NCBI GenBank assembly: GCA_030141605.1 | Contig: JAQGDQ010000653.1 | Coordinates: 49,900 to 113,899 of the forward strand | Length of the DNA stretch: 64,000 nucleotides | Direction of reading: 5' to 3' | Origin: Tubiluchus corallicola | Lineage: Eukaryota > Animalia > Priapulida | Shown here: positions 27,435 to 39,556 of the stretch, piece after piece | Position numbering within the stretch: position 1 is the first letter of the stretch | Layout: each line of letters starts with the position of its first letter | Notes under the pieces: model-generated | What the model saw: the letters and a program-made list of their open reading frames with translations, nothing else | What the model was told of the DNA's origin: nothing | The model's database searches: none | Translations under genes and position numbers: made by a program

Positions 27435-28700
27435 ATGACTGTTGGAACATTAGCTGGGAAAACTCTCTTTATCACAGGAGCCAGCCGCGGGATTGGAAAA
27501 TGTATTGCACTCCGTGCTGCAAGAGATGGCGCTAATATTGTGGTGGCAGCCAAAACTGCAGATGCACATCCCAAACTGCCAGGTACCATTTTCACTGCAG
27601 CAAAAGATATTGAGAATGTTGGCGGAAAGTGCCTTCCATGTGTTGTTGATGTAAGAGAAGAAAGTCAAGTAGAAGAAGCTGTAGATAAAGCAGTAAAATT
27701 GTTTGGAGGCATTGACATTGTTGTGAACAATGCCAGTGCAATTAATCTTCAAGGAACTAGGGATCTTGAAATGAAAAGATATGATTTGATGATGGACATT
27801 AATACGAGAGGTACATACCTGGTTTCTAAAGTCTGCATTCCCCATTTATTAAAGTCTCCAAATCCTCACATATTGAACATCAGTCCTCCACTGAATATGG
27901 CACCTCATTGGTTTAAGAATCATGTTGCATACACGATGGCAAAATATGGCATGTCAATGTGTGTTTTGGGAATGGCAGAAGAGTTTGCTGAGAGTGGGAT
28001 TGCTGTAAATGCTTTATGGCCAAAAACTGCAATTCTCACTGCTGCCATGGAAATGCTTGGTGGGCCTGATGTATCCAGCCAGTGCAGAAAGCCTGAAATA
28101 ATGGCTGATGCTGCTTACGCAATTCTAAACAAACCCAGCAAATCTTTTACTGGAAAATTTGTTATTGATGAAGAAATTCTGAAGGACGAAGGTGTAGCAG
28201 ATTTTGAACAGTATGCGTGCGTCCCTGGGTCTGCACTTTTGCCAGACTTTTTCTTGGATGTTCATCCAGATGAGGTGAGAAAGCTAATTGAAACACAGGC
28301 AGGAACCTCAAGCAGTACTGAGGAACAAAGCAAAGTGGGCAGTGAAGATGATGAGAGCATGGGTGATGATGCAGTTGCTCAAGTGTTCAAGCAAATAAAG
28401 GGCTTATGCAATGCAGATTTAGTGAAGTCAATAAATGCTGTTTATGTCTTTGACTTGAAGGAGGATGGCAGGTACTTCATTGACCTCAAGAATGCAGAGG
28501 GTTCAGTTGGCCAAGGTGAGCCAGAGATGTGCGACACAACTATGACCCTTACCAGTGAAAATTTTCTAAAGATGTTTCAGGGCAAGCTAAAGCCAACAGT
28601 GGCATTTATGTCTGGAAAACTGAAAATCAAAGGAGACATGGGAAAAGCTATGAAGCTTGAGAAGTTAATGGGTAAAATGCATACTGCATCTAAACTGTAG
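27435..28700 (+). CDS. HSDL2: Hydroxysteroid dehydrogenase-like protein 2 (SDR domain + acidic linker + SCP2 domain, PTS1 -SKL), intronless CDS
   Basis: TGASRGIG cofactor motif, AAKTA..HPKLPGTI, NNAS, catalytic YTMAK, SCP2 signature PTVAFMSGKLKIKGDMGKAMKLEKL, C-terminal SKL. TTTCTTACAG acceptor 4 nt before the ATG. Confidence 0.96.
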   Translation: MTVGTLAGKTLFITGASRGIGKCIALRAARDGANIVVAAKTADAHPKLPGTIFTAAKDIENVGGKCLPCVVDVREESQVEEAVDKAVKLFGGIDIVVNNASAINLQGTRDLEMKRYDLMMDINTRGTYLVSKVCIPHLLKSPNPHILNISPPLNMAPHWFKNHVAYTMAKYGMSMCVLGMAEEFAESGIAVNALWPKTAILTAAMEMLGGPDVSSQCRKPEIMADAAYAILNKPSKSFTGKFVIDEEILKDEGVADFEQYACVPGSALLPDFFLDVHPDEVRKLIETQAGTSSSTEEQSKVGSEDDESMGDDAVAQVFKQIKGLCNADLVKSINAVYVFDLKEDGRYFIDLKNAEGSVGQGEPEMCDTTMTLTSENFLKMFQGKLKPTVAFMSGKLKIKGDMGKAMKLEKLMGKMHTASKL

Positions 28701-31340
28701 AAGGGTGGAGATTAATGGTGATGCCAAATTAGAATTTTTGCATCCATTTTAGTTGAATCATGAGTAAATTTTCCCTAAAAAAGCATTCAGCAAATTGAAG
28801 GTAATCAGTGAATCAGATTGTTATATACAAACTTGCAGAAAATTATATCTTAGTGCTAAGCTGACAAGTGAATTGTACTATGTTCTTTTTACATTTGCTT
28901 CGTGTTCACTAATCATGATGCTATATTTAACAGACACATAGGCCTATCAGCTAACACAACCTTTGAGCTGACAACGAAAAGATAAGAACATAGGTAAAGT
29001 AAATAAGTCATTATATCTGTTCTGGTTTGGAAGTAATTAGGTTTCTATTAGCATAGCTGTAGCAGTGTCTGTGGGAGCTTTCTCAATACACTAGATTTTT
29101 TTATACAAATTTTTTGAGAATAATTAGAAACGGTTAAACATTTTGGCCAAAAACCATAATAGTTGTTAAATAATTTTAATAATTAAAGTAATTATATTTG
29201 TCTGTATTAAAGTTTGTAAATTCAGTGAAGTTTTGTAGATTTGGCAAAAAACAATAAATTTAGCTCACCAGTAGGATACTGATGTTTTATATCACCTACT
29301 GATAAGTTATTCATGAATAATTTTAAAAATCTTAGTAAACTGCCTCTAATTTGTGAACAGGAAAAATGGGTTTATATTACCTGCAGGTACATTGTCAATG
29401 AGTAAAGGAATGGTTTAAGCCCTTGAGTCCACTTTGCCTACATTTGCCATGGAAATGGTGCACACATGGTTTATGCCATTGAATCCATGTTGCTGCAGTT
29501 ACTTACTTAGAGAACAAACTCAAAATAAACCTATCTTTCAGTATAGAGCAGGTTTATCATTTTTATGTTGTCAGCTTCTTCAGTTAACAGTTTGTATCTG
29601 TATCTGCACAGCCAATAATTTTGAAGTTCTTTTAGAACTGTCACGATGATATTTCGTTGAATGGATTCTGTATTACTAGCTGTTTACTGTTCAGGTCTTT
29701 GTATTCATGGATTCTCATCCTAAAATCTAAATTTCTTGAGTCTGACTGAAAACATCAAGGCCATATGTTAATGTATGCATAATGTGTCTGATATCTTAAA
29801 GTGCTGAGGAGCATTTTACAGTATTGTGATGATAAATTTACATGTTCTGTCGATGAGCACATATTTTATTAAGCTTTTTCAAGTCAGCAAATATTATGAC
29901 TTTGTAGAACTTACTAAACCATTTAATGCAAAAAGAAATACTTTGTTGATTTGTATACAGTGAATAAAATTTCTATATTTGTATTTTATGTAGTTCCCTG
30001 CTTTATGTGTAAAAAACAATATTTATCACCAAAGTATTTTTACTGTCATTCAATTTCTACAAGTTATTTGGCACTCAGACCATATCTTTTGTAAATTAAT
30101 TGCTTATATTTAAGCTTCTCAACCGACAAATTTACACTTTTAGGAATTTGCAGAGATATGTGGTCACTAGTAGGCTTAGAAAGTGTCCAATGTCTTGTAA
30201 CTCAGTGACAGTTCCAACAGAATTTATATCTCATATTTGATGGAATATCTCATATATGATGGACGATCATATTCTCAGGATTGGGTTTGTCCGTCCATGT
30301 ATGAACTATGAACCAAAATTGGTAATTCCTAATCTTAAGGTAACGATTTTGGGTTAAACCACTTGCCTTTATCGTATTGTTAAAGTTATTTTAAGTTGCG
30401 ATATACCCATAGCTGTTCAAAGCAACCTGAGTGACTCATTTAACACCAGTACAAACAAACTCGATAATTAACATAAAGCAAGACGATCAATATAGTTTTA
30501 ATCATAATTATGAAAACTGCAACAAAGCATGCCTTTTCTGTAAGCAATAAAAATGCAAAAGTACCAAGCATAAATCATAACCACATATGAAAAATTTTGG
30601 CGGCATTGCAACCTGAATTGCATGTGAATTTTATGTTTGTATACTATGTAGGCCTTACTATACAATCATTTGACCATGTAAACTTATTGCACTAATTGCA
30701 TAAATCTGTGCCGTTTCGTATAACAGAAATTTGCCAGTGATATGACAACACAAAAAAGTGTAAATGCTTTATTTGCTTTGAGCAGTACCTGCATTATGAG
30801 TGGCATGTTGTTTACAGAGTGACTGCCACAACTAGAATGATCGTGACAATCCTTAGATATCATTAATTTAATAATGCTTGTGCAAGTAAGACCTCAGTTA
30901 GCTGTCTGCGTATTGAAGTTAATGAATTTATAAGCTGCTCAACTGTAGCAGCGTACTGCCTGTTATCTGTGACAACAGATTCTTTTAGATCATTTATTGT
31001 TTCTGTTTCTCATGAGTTCAAGTTGTTCATATAGTTTACCAGTTGCAAGTCATTCGAATGAAATGCCAGATAGTGGAAAGAAAATAAAGGGGCGTGCTGT
31101 GCAGGAAAATAATAATCAGCAAAACTCAAATATACAATGCATAAAATGTCATCTGACTGTCAAAGATGACTCGAATCAAAAGCAGCCAAAAAAGAGGGAA
31201 ATCATTAGCTTAACTAACTTGCAGCTTTCTCAGCAGGCAGACTTTAGTCACATGGGCATCAATTTTGTTACCTTTGAATAAGTTAAACTGGGACCACATA
31301 GTCTTATAATTTAACATAGTCAGCAATTTCTTACAGGCCA

Positions 31341-32219
31341 ATGACTGTTGGAACATTAGCCAGAAAGACTCTATTTATCACAGGAGCCAGCCGCGGGATT
31401 GGAAAATGTATTGCACTCCGTGCTGCAAGAGATGGCGCTAACATTGTGGTGGCAGCCAAAACTGCAGATGCACATCCCAAACTGCCAGGTACAATTTTCA
31501 CTGCAGCAAAAGATATTGAGAATGTTGGCGGAAAGTGCCTTCCATGTGTTGTTGATGTAAGAGAAGAAAGTCAAGTAGAAGAAGCTGTAGATAAAGCAGT
31601 AAAATTGTTTGGAGGCATTGACATTGTTGTGAACAATGCCAGTGCAATTAAACTTTTAGGGACTGGGGATCTTGAAATGAAAAGATATGATTTGATGATG
31701 GACATTAACGCCAGAGGTACATACCTGGTTTCTAAAGTCTGCTTTCCCCATTTATTAAAGTCTCCAAATCCTCACATATTGAACATCAGTCCTCCACTGA
31801 ATATGGCACCTCACTGGTTTAAGAATCATGCTGCATACACGATGGCAAAATATGGCATGTCAATGTGTGTTCTGGGAATGGCAGAAGAGTTCGCTGAGGG
31901 TGGGATTGCTGTAAATGCTCTATGGCCAAAAACTGTCATCTGTGCAACTCATGCTATTTTATCGGGCCCACATATTATAAAGCTGTGCAGAAAAGCTGAA
32001 ATAATGGCTGATGCTGCTTATGCTATTATAAACAAACCCAGCAAATCTTTTACTGGAAACTTTGTTGTTGATGAAGAAATTCTCAAGGATGAAGGTGTAA
32101 CAGATTTTGAACAGTATGCTTGTGTACCTGGTTCAACCCCTCTGCCAGACTTTTTCTTAGAATCTACACCTGATGAAATAAAGAAACAGTTAGTATCAAA
32201 AGACAATTCAACAAATTAA
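31341..32219 (+). CDS. HSDL2 tandem paralog, SDR domain only (292 aa; no SCP2, no PTS1)
   Basis: Nearly identical to 27435.. over the first ~198 codons. Intact TGASRGIG, NNAS and YTMAK. Homology fades after LPDFFL..PDE. Open frame with the same upstream acceptor. Confidence 0.88.
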   Translation: MTVGTLARKTLFITGASRGIGKCIALRAARDGANIVVAAKTADAHPKLPGTIFTAAKDIENVGGKCLPCVVDVREESQVEEAVDKAVKLFGGIDIVVNNASAIKLLGTGDLEMKRYDLMMDINARGTYLVSKVCFPHLLKSPNPHILNISPPLNMAPHWFKNHAAYTMAKYGMSMCVLGMAEEFAEGGIAVNALWPKTVICATHAILSGPHIIKLCRKAEIMADAAYAIINKPSKSFTGNFVVDEEILKDEGVTDFEQYACVPGSTPLPDFFLESTPDEIKKQLVSKDNSTN

Positions 32220-34397
32220 ATTTACAATTAAATGTATGGTACCAGCTTGATTACTGTACAAAATATTACGTGGAAATTACAGTCTGGGAGTATGTATTAA
32301 GCAGAAGCTGTAAGCTAAATTAATAGCTTGGTGATTGTTGTAACAAATTATGGTACTAAGTCAGTGAGAAAAAGCATTGCTGTCTGAGCTTTATTATAAA
32401 CTCTAAGTTTAACCATTCACCAAGTGCATCTTCCTAAAACTTTCCTTCAACAAAATATAGGCCTAATTGACAATTAGGGCTTGCACTCCCTAAATTCTTC
32501 GATGTACTTGAACTTGTCATCGCAAAGGCATTGTCACACACATATTCTGAGAGTGCCTTACTGGAGCAACCCCTGTTTCTGTACATCTTGCTTTTTGTAT
32601 TATATAAACAAATGTTTTCTATACACATATATGAGCATTTTAGTTTTTGTGTTGGACCACACCCTCTTGTTCTCGTCTATTTTTCCAGACTTCTTATCTA
32701 TGTTAAGACTATACGATGTCACGACAACGCAAGCTGTATTACTACATGTATATGGCTATAACCCCAATCGAAGTAGGAAGACATTAGATAATAAGTTGAC
32801 GAAACATGGTAAGATGACGAGCAACTCTTGGTGACCATTGGTGGACTTTGGGCCACGGATTTTTGGACCTCGGATTAGTTAGACGGGCACTAGCGCGCCT
32901 GCATTTCGGGAAGGTATTGCACAAAAACAGGTGCTGTATCTCTCAGTTCAGATGTGTTAGTTTTTGACGAACTACACACGTTCGACAGTTCATGCGTGAG
33001 CACAGCGGTAAATTTGAAATTTTATCTTAAAACTTGCCTAGTTTTAGTACAACACACTGAATGACTTACAGTAGTACTGAACCGTACTGTACAATTTTCG
33101 CTTTCAGAAACACGTGCAACGCGCTCGTGGAATGTTTTTTGCTGTTAAAAATAATGTTAATTTGTGATGTCATCAATAGTTGGGCTCGCACGCAGTTAAT
33201 TAAGATTTTAATCTATTATTTACTCGTCAGAAACGCTGTTGCAATATTATTCGTGTTAAAATGTATACTTTTTTGTCGGGCCTGAAAATTGGGTGGGATA
33301 TGGAAAATCATCCTGTCTTCCTTTAAGCCATTTGGCCCGATTTTTCTCGCCTTGTGCCTAAGGGACACCACAATATTGAGTAAAAGAACTTACTTAAGCT
33401 TTAACTTCTAAAAGTGATTTACTTTAACTTTTTGGTGTTCAATGCAGTGCAACTGTTACAAACTGGAGTGATCGCGGCCAATTTTTTAATATCAGTTACT
33501 AATAAACTCGTTACAACTAAGTGGGGAGTAAATTTTCTGGCAAAAAAGTTAAATGTGAAGTTTTTTGTAGGGGAAATTTTTTTTCGGACAAAAACTCTTT
33601 TCTGGGAAAAAAACTTTTCTGGAAAACGAGTCTACACCGGTAGATTGTCGTTCTGCTCGATCTGTCTTTATTAAGTTTACTGAATGACGTATAAAAGCGG
33701 CAGAATTTTACATTAATTGAAAGCACACACAAAAAATGATTTAGAAGCTTATTCCATCAAATTATAGGTAGCTTTCTACAAATCAATTTGCCTGTAACTA
33801 ATCAGTCTAACAGCAATAATTAATTTATAGCGTCTAGACTTTTTTGTTTAACTTGTAGTGTTCTAAATCATACAAGTAAACGAGTTGGCTTGTGGTCGCT
33901 GCCCTTTCTTCCTAAAATATTTTCAAATTATTATTTGTATTACATCTGTGTGTGTGTGTGTATTGCAAGATGAATAGAATATTATGTTATATTACGTTAT
34001 GTTGCGTTAAGTAATTTTTCGAAATCCAAAATGGCGTTTTTACTATAGAAGCGCTTCACTTGCGTTTTCACTTTTTTCAGAATAACAAATAAATTGTTGT
34101 TTTTCGTAAACCATATTAATTATCTTAGTAAAATAAGTGATGTTGCAACTATGCACACTGTTCAGTTGTGATCTACACATATTTGTTTGCTACTTGTCGG
34201 GCTTACATATATGCAGTTTTATGTAAAATCTAGCCGTTTGATCTATTATGTTGTAGGCCTATGCACCACACATTTTAAGCTCTAGACATTTTGAATGCTT
34301 CCTATTCTCTCGTACATATATAAAGCCTATAATAGACTAAATATATATTTTAGTAAATAAATATTTATGATTTGCAGACTTTAGCTGGGAACCTAAG

Positions 34398-34798
34398 CAA
34401 GGGCATATTACCAACAGGCTATAGCTTAAGGCGCCAAAGTTTGAGAGGCATCATTTTAGAAAAATATCTTTTTCTCCTCGGAAAATGTGTATATAATTTC
34501 CTATTCATGTAAAGAGCGCATTTTATAACACACCACAGGCAGCTACTGAGCTCACCTTTTATATAAGTACCACATAATGAACAAGTGAGAGATATTACAC
34601 AACAAGCAGTTGCGCAGCCTGCTTTAATATAAGCGCTATGCAGATGCATGTATTTAACAATGACCACGTAAAAGCTAGGTTAATAGTGTTACTAATATAT
34701 CACAAGCAATTGTTTAACTTCACAATAATAAATTCACAATAGAAATGGGCGGGAAAGAATTTCATCATAGGTGGTCGTAAAGTCTTGATACGTCCCTG
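34398..34798. mobile_element. hAT-type MITE, copy 1 (~400 bp)
   Basis: Ends CAAGGGCATAT ... ATACGTCCCTG; 8-bp TSD AACCTAAG / AACCTGAG. Homologous (inverted) to 39557-39994. Confidence 0.75.
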
Positions 34799-35356
34799 AA
34801 CCTGAGGCTTACCAAAATTCCATGCAGTAGGTGGACCCACACATTCTGAAGCCGGCCCTGTAAATTTCTGAACTCCAGATTATTGTGTTCCAAATCGTTG
34901 GGCACCGGATTGTCATATATTTACCAAATCTTGTTATTTTTTTATAATTTTGTTCTTATTATTTCAGTTTGTTGCTTTTACGTTATATTTTTTAGCTTTT
35001 GTTCAATTTAAGCAAACCTCGCGCACGAGTGATACACATTATAAATACCCCAACCCAATCAAGTAACCTTCCAGCAAAATTCATGATGAATGCCACCTAT
35101 TAAAATGGCGTTAAAGACACACAAACTGTGGCAAAAGTTGCGGGGACGATTGTTTTATTATACTTTTAATAGCTGAAAAATTTGAAAAAGAATGGATACG
35201 GGAATAGCAGCTGATTGAGAAGTGTGTGTTAAAGAAAAGGACAAGTCACTTAGCATGTTGGGCTTATTTTACTGTTATCACTTGAACTTAGAAAAACGTG
35301 ATACACGCAAATAACTAGCTATGAAGTACAAAGTTAATTTATACCACCGTCATACA

Positions 35357-35605
35357 GAAATTTTTACACACGGTGGTAGCTGTCATTCAAATATAGCTTA
35401 ACATTATCCATCTTCAAAATTCCATTGGGTATTCTCTTGTTGTATATATCAGGATGTTGTATGAAAGATGAAAATTATGACGTAACTGGTGGACTTCGTG
35501 GCTTTCCGTAAGTGCGCGCTCGAAATTTTCACGCACGGTGGTAGCTGTCATTCACTTGAAAATTATGACGTAACTGATGGTCTTCGTGGCTTTCCGTAAG
35601 TGCGC
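35357..35605. repeat. Two-unit ~84-bp tandem repeat; unit 1 is interrupted by a ~80-bp copy of sulfotransferase coding sequence
   Basis: CACGGTGGTAGCTGTCATTCA and TGAAAATTATGACGTAACTG..CTTCGTGGCTTTCCGTAAGTGCGC each occur twice. 35393-35474 matches 37501-37582 with 5 mismatches. Confidence 0.85.
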
Positions 35606-36907
35606 ACTTCTGCTGCTTACCTATTGTGTTCATGCAGAAATGTCACAAAATTAGCATTCTGATTTTTTGCAAAAACTTAATAGGCCTATATTTTGACTGA
35701 AATTGATAGTACACTGTTTTTCTTCAATCGATGATCGACGTCATTGGTGGAAAAATGGTTCAAAATGGGAGTACCCAAGCGTGAAACAATCACGACTTGT
35801 TAAAGTAATTTTACTAATTACGTCAGGTGCGTATCACATTTTTATTATTAAGTGCTTCTAACATTTTTCGCGAACATTGAAATAAGCCCAACACCTAACT
35901 GAATTAAAATCTGTGTTAGTAACTACGGCATCAATACATTTTTATTTCTGTGGCTGGCTTTACAATTGTAGATAGGAAAACTCCTTGCATAATAGATCTC
36001 AACTAAAAAAAATTATTTGCGATTAAAACGCCAGTGAAAATTAACATGGTCTACTAGTAGTAGACTACTAACAAGATAGAAGACTACTAGCGAATTTAGA
36101 TTTAAAATATAGATTTGATCTATTACATTATTCCCAACAAAATTAATATACACAACAATTGCAAGACACAATATTTTCTATGGGGAAAAATTAGAAATTA
36201 GACAAACATAAAAATTATTAAAAGAAACCACCAATTCTTCGTAATAGGCGAAAAAAACTTCTCAAAGTAAACAGATACAGTAAAAAGCTATGTGTAAAAT
36301 TAATTTATTATTAGGTATACTAGCACTTATCTAGTCGGTAATTTTTTGGCTTGGATTTGTCAATATTTAAAATTATGGGACACTTCAGCGCTCGCCCACT
36401 GGTCCTACAATTTTGATTGCATGACTAAATGAGCAAGAGACTGTCATCTAGCGCTCATTCTGAGTGGCGCTTATGGCACGTGCCTGATTTACCATACCCT
36501 AAATAGGCCACCGAACTGTATAAATATTATTTAAAAACTGTTGACCGTAAACAAGCTCACTAACGTAACGCAATGTCTAAACAATAGTTGATTTTCGAAT
36601 GTGAAAGGTGCCTAGGTACTCAAGCAGCATTATGATGTATATTGATAATTGTTTCTAGTATCCTTCGGTACTCTGTGGGCTTTGTGTATTTCAATTTTAA
36701 GTGTTGACTAATGAATTATCCGTATTTTGAACGAACTATCTATGTAATTACATTCTTGAACTAACCAGTTGTACAAATCTGTTCTCAACTAAAATATACT
36801 TGTTGCACATAGTGGAAATACCTCGAACAGTAATAATACTGTACGTTAATCCACTTAAAACAAATAAAGTTTTATACATCAACCAGCAGTTTACTTTCAG
36901 GTTAGTT

Positions 36908-38021
36908 TCAACGGATAAACCATCTTTCTGTATCAGGAAACAGTTGTCTTTGTCGTTCTTGCAGCTCTAGGGTGAATTCCTTTGATCCTTTTATATAATC
37001 AGCACAAAATTTTGGTGCCTCGGCTTTTAGTGTGCGGTGTTGTACAATTGCTAACTTGTGTACCTGTTTTGCGCCAGGACGTTCAAAAGGTAACTTATTT
37101 TCTGCAGTTTGATTCTGTAAACACAAATATCTACGCCGATCCGTTTCCAATCTCAATTTCTGAAGGTCCCTCTTCATTCTTTCTGTGCCGTATTTTTTTA
37201 CCTTTTCATCAAACGCAGCGCTAAAATGTTTATAAAGTCGAAAATCTCCCCAGCACCAGTCTGTCACTAACTTCATTTCTGAACTGCTGATGTTCGTCCT
37301 GTGTACTGACTTGCGGACATTTCTTGGCATAACTAACGTGACGTCACTCCACTGCCAACCAAGAAGTTGTCTAAGCAGAACTAATGACTCCTCAAATCGT
37401 TCGAGTATCATGATTAGATCAAACTCTTTCTCGATCATTTTTATTACAGAGTTTATAGCTTCGCCGTTTCTCTTATCTCCTTCTTTCAAACCAAAAATGT
37501 ATAGCATAACATTATTCATCTTCAAAATTCCATTGCGTATTCTCTTGTTGTACATATCAGGATGTTGTATAAAAGATGAAAAATTTACGCCAAAACGTTC
37601 TGACCAACCATTATAGGAATAATATGATTCCAACATTGTTGCTGGGTGTCGTATTATAGCAACCATTTTGGCTTTAGGCATGAGTTCCTTTATAACTTTT
37701 AAATTAAATCTGCTGTGATGGGAAAATATATTAAAATACTTTTTCGGGTTGTGCAGTATCCTTCTCTTGTCATAGATAAACGGTTTAAACATACCAAGTG
37801 AATTCAATGGAGCTCTGCGAGGAAGTAAAATTGATAGATTGTGCGCTTTTCCGTACCTTAGAAGGATATTTTGAATGCTGCTGCTGCCGCACTTTGGTAC
37901 CTTTAAGAAGTAAACATCATTGATAGGTTCCTTTAAGCTGATGGCTTCCGTTGATAATGAAGCAGATACGCTTGGCTTAACATTCTTTGGTAACGAGGGC
38001 CACTGCTTAGAAAATGCATTC
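36908..38021 (-). CDS. Galactose-3-O-sulfotransferase (GAL3ST/cerebroside sulfotransferase)-like, large terminal coding exon; upstream exon(s) not resolved
   Basis: The frame is open from a TTTTTCAG acceptor (exon starts 38021, phase 2). 5'-PSB region YFLKVPKCGSSSIQNILLRYG, NIFSHHSRFN, 3'-PB IIRHP...ESYYSY, EFDLIMILERFEESLVLLRQLLGW, DFRLYKHF. Confidence 0.88.
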
Positions 38022-38512
38022 CTGAAAAATAAAAAGACAATTTATGAATAGCTTGCATCGTATTCAATACACGAACAGACTGGACTCATAACTTTATTAC
38101 ACCACTCCACCTCCACTACTGGCAATTCAGTCAGTGTGGGTGCTACATTACATCTAACTTTGTGAGACCAGATGTTATTATATAACTTCACGACATCACG
38201 CAAAAAATATAGATACCTAAAAGTATATGATAGGGGCGTAATTGAGAAATACTAATCCTATTAAATTTGAAACCCGGTCAGCAACTTGTTACCTGCAACT
38301 CGGTGACCCAATCGACGTTTATCCATGACCCACTGACCCTGTTGCATTTTGTAATGCACTCGTTTTGTGCCGTGTATAACACAAAATTGAGTATACGTGG
38401 CAGAATTATTTTTATTAATAATAACTACTGCATAGAGGTTTTACTACCCAGTTTGGCTAAACCCAACCGATTACAGAAATTTCTTTACTCTGTTGAAAGG
38501 AACATTTCGTCT

Positions 38513-38775
38513 TAATAATAATAATAACAACAATAATCTTTATTTAAAGTCGGCTTTTTGGATCAACAATTAATATATGTTCCGAAGAACTTATGGCCGA
38601 CTATAAGCAACAACCTACAACTACATAACAGAGACTATCATTACCCCACTTTTACCCTAAATACCACACGTCCGGCAGGGCAACAGCAGGTACCAGTTTT
38701 AAAGACTTTGGTATGACCCTCCGCTGTATTGAACTCACGACCTCCCAGAAGGAAAGCGAACGGTAGAACAAACCC
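38513..38775 (-). mobile_element. tRNA-derived SINE, resembling Meta-domain SINEs
   Basis: Minus strand: B-box-like GAGTTCAATAC, core GGGTCATACCAAAGTCTTTAAAACTGGTACCTGCTGTTGCCCTGC, AATAAA and an (ATT/GTT)n tail. The family name is from memory of the consensus. Confidence 0.6.
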
Positions 38776-39556
38776 TCTTAGAATTATTATTTGCTTCCAT
38801 TGCAGTACATTCGTGCTGCATATTTTTGTCTTTCCAGTAGTTTACAAAGCCATCATAGCAATAATATTTGGAAGAAATTCTGGGATGTGCTTTGGTTTGC
38901 TAAGGTAAGACAATTATTTCCATTATGACATAGCCATACATATTTGGCAAAACGCGGCGAGAATACGTTGACCGTTTGAGGAAGAGTCCCTGTGCTGCAT
39001 TTAGCTTCAATACCAAACAACTTGTTTGCTAGTCTCCCAAAACCTTCACTTTTAAATTCCAACAAATTAGTAGTTGTTATAAAACAGCTGACAAAATGCC
39101 GCAATTAGGACTGTATTGCAGCCGCAGATTTCTTCCATTATGCTGTTTTGATCATGAGAATCAGCACACTTTTCAATAGATATGCAGCCTCTAAACTGAT
39201 TGAAATTTTCTATCGATGTGGCCAATGCTATCATAGCTAACCAAAATACTAAAATCTAGAACAGCCACTATGTGCACTTTTTGAAATACAGTAGTAACGT
39301 TTTTTGAATGCAGTGATCTGGGGATTCAAACGTAACAGTTTGCACGCACATTTGTCAACCTAATTAAAACTCGAACATAATATGGTAAACATGTTTCAGA
39401 CCCCCAATGACTCTACATCTAATTTGCACTAAACGTGATCTAAAAATATTTGTTTTCGGTTTTTTGTAGAGCTTGTATTAGCTTAATTGGTAATGATAGC
39501 AATAAAGGTAATTTCATTGGATGTTAAGGCTTTTAGTTGCCATTTGCAGCCCTCCC

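Noticed and set aside
27450-37616. Antisense or overlapping ORFs on HSDL2 and the sulfotransferase (27450-27845, 31371-31574, 32018-32206, 36982-37224, 37290-37616)
   Set aside because: Shadow frames of genuine CDSs with no motifs of their own.
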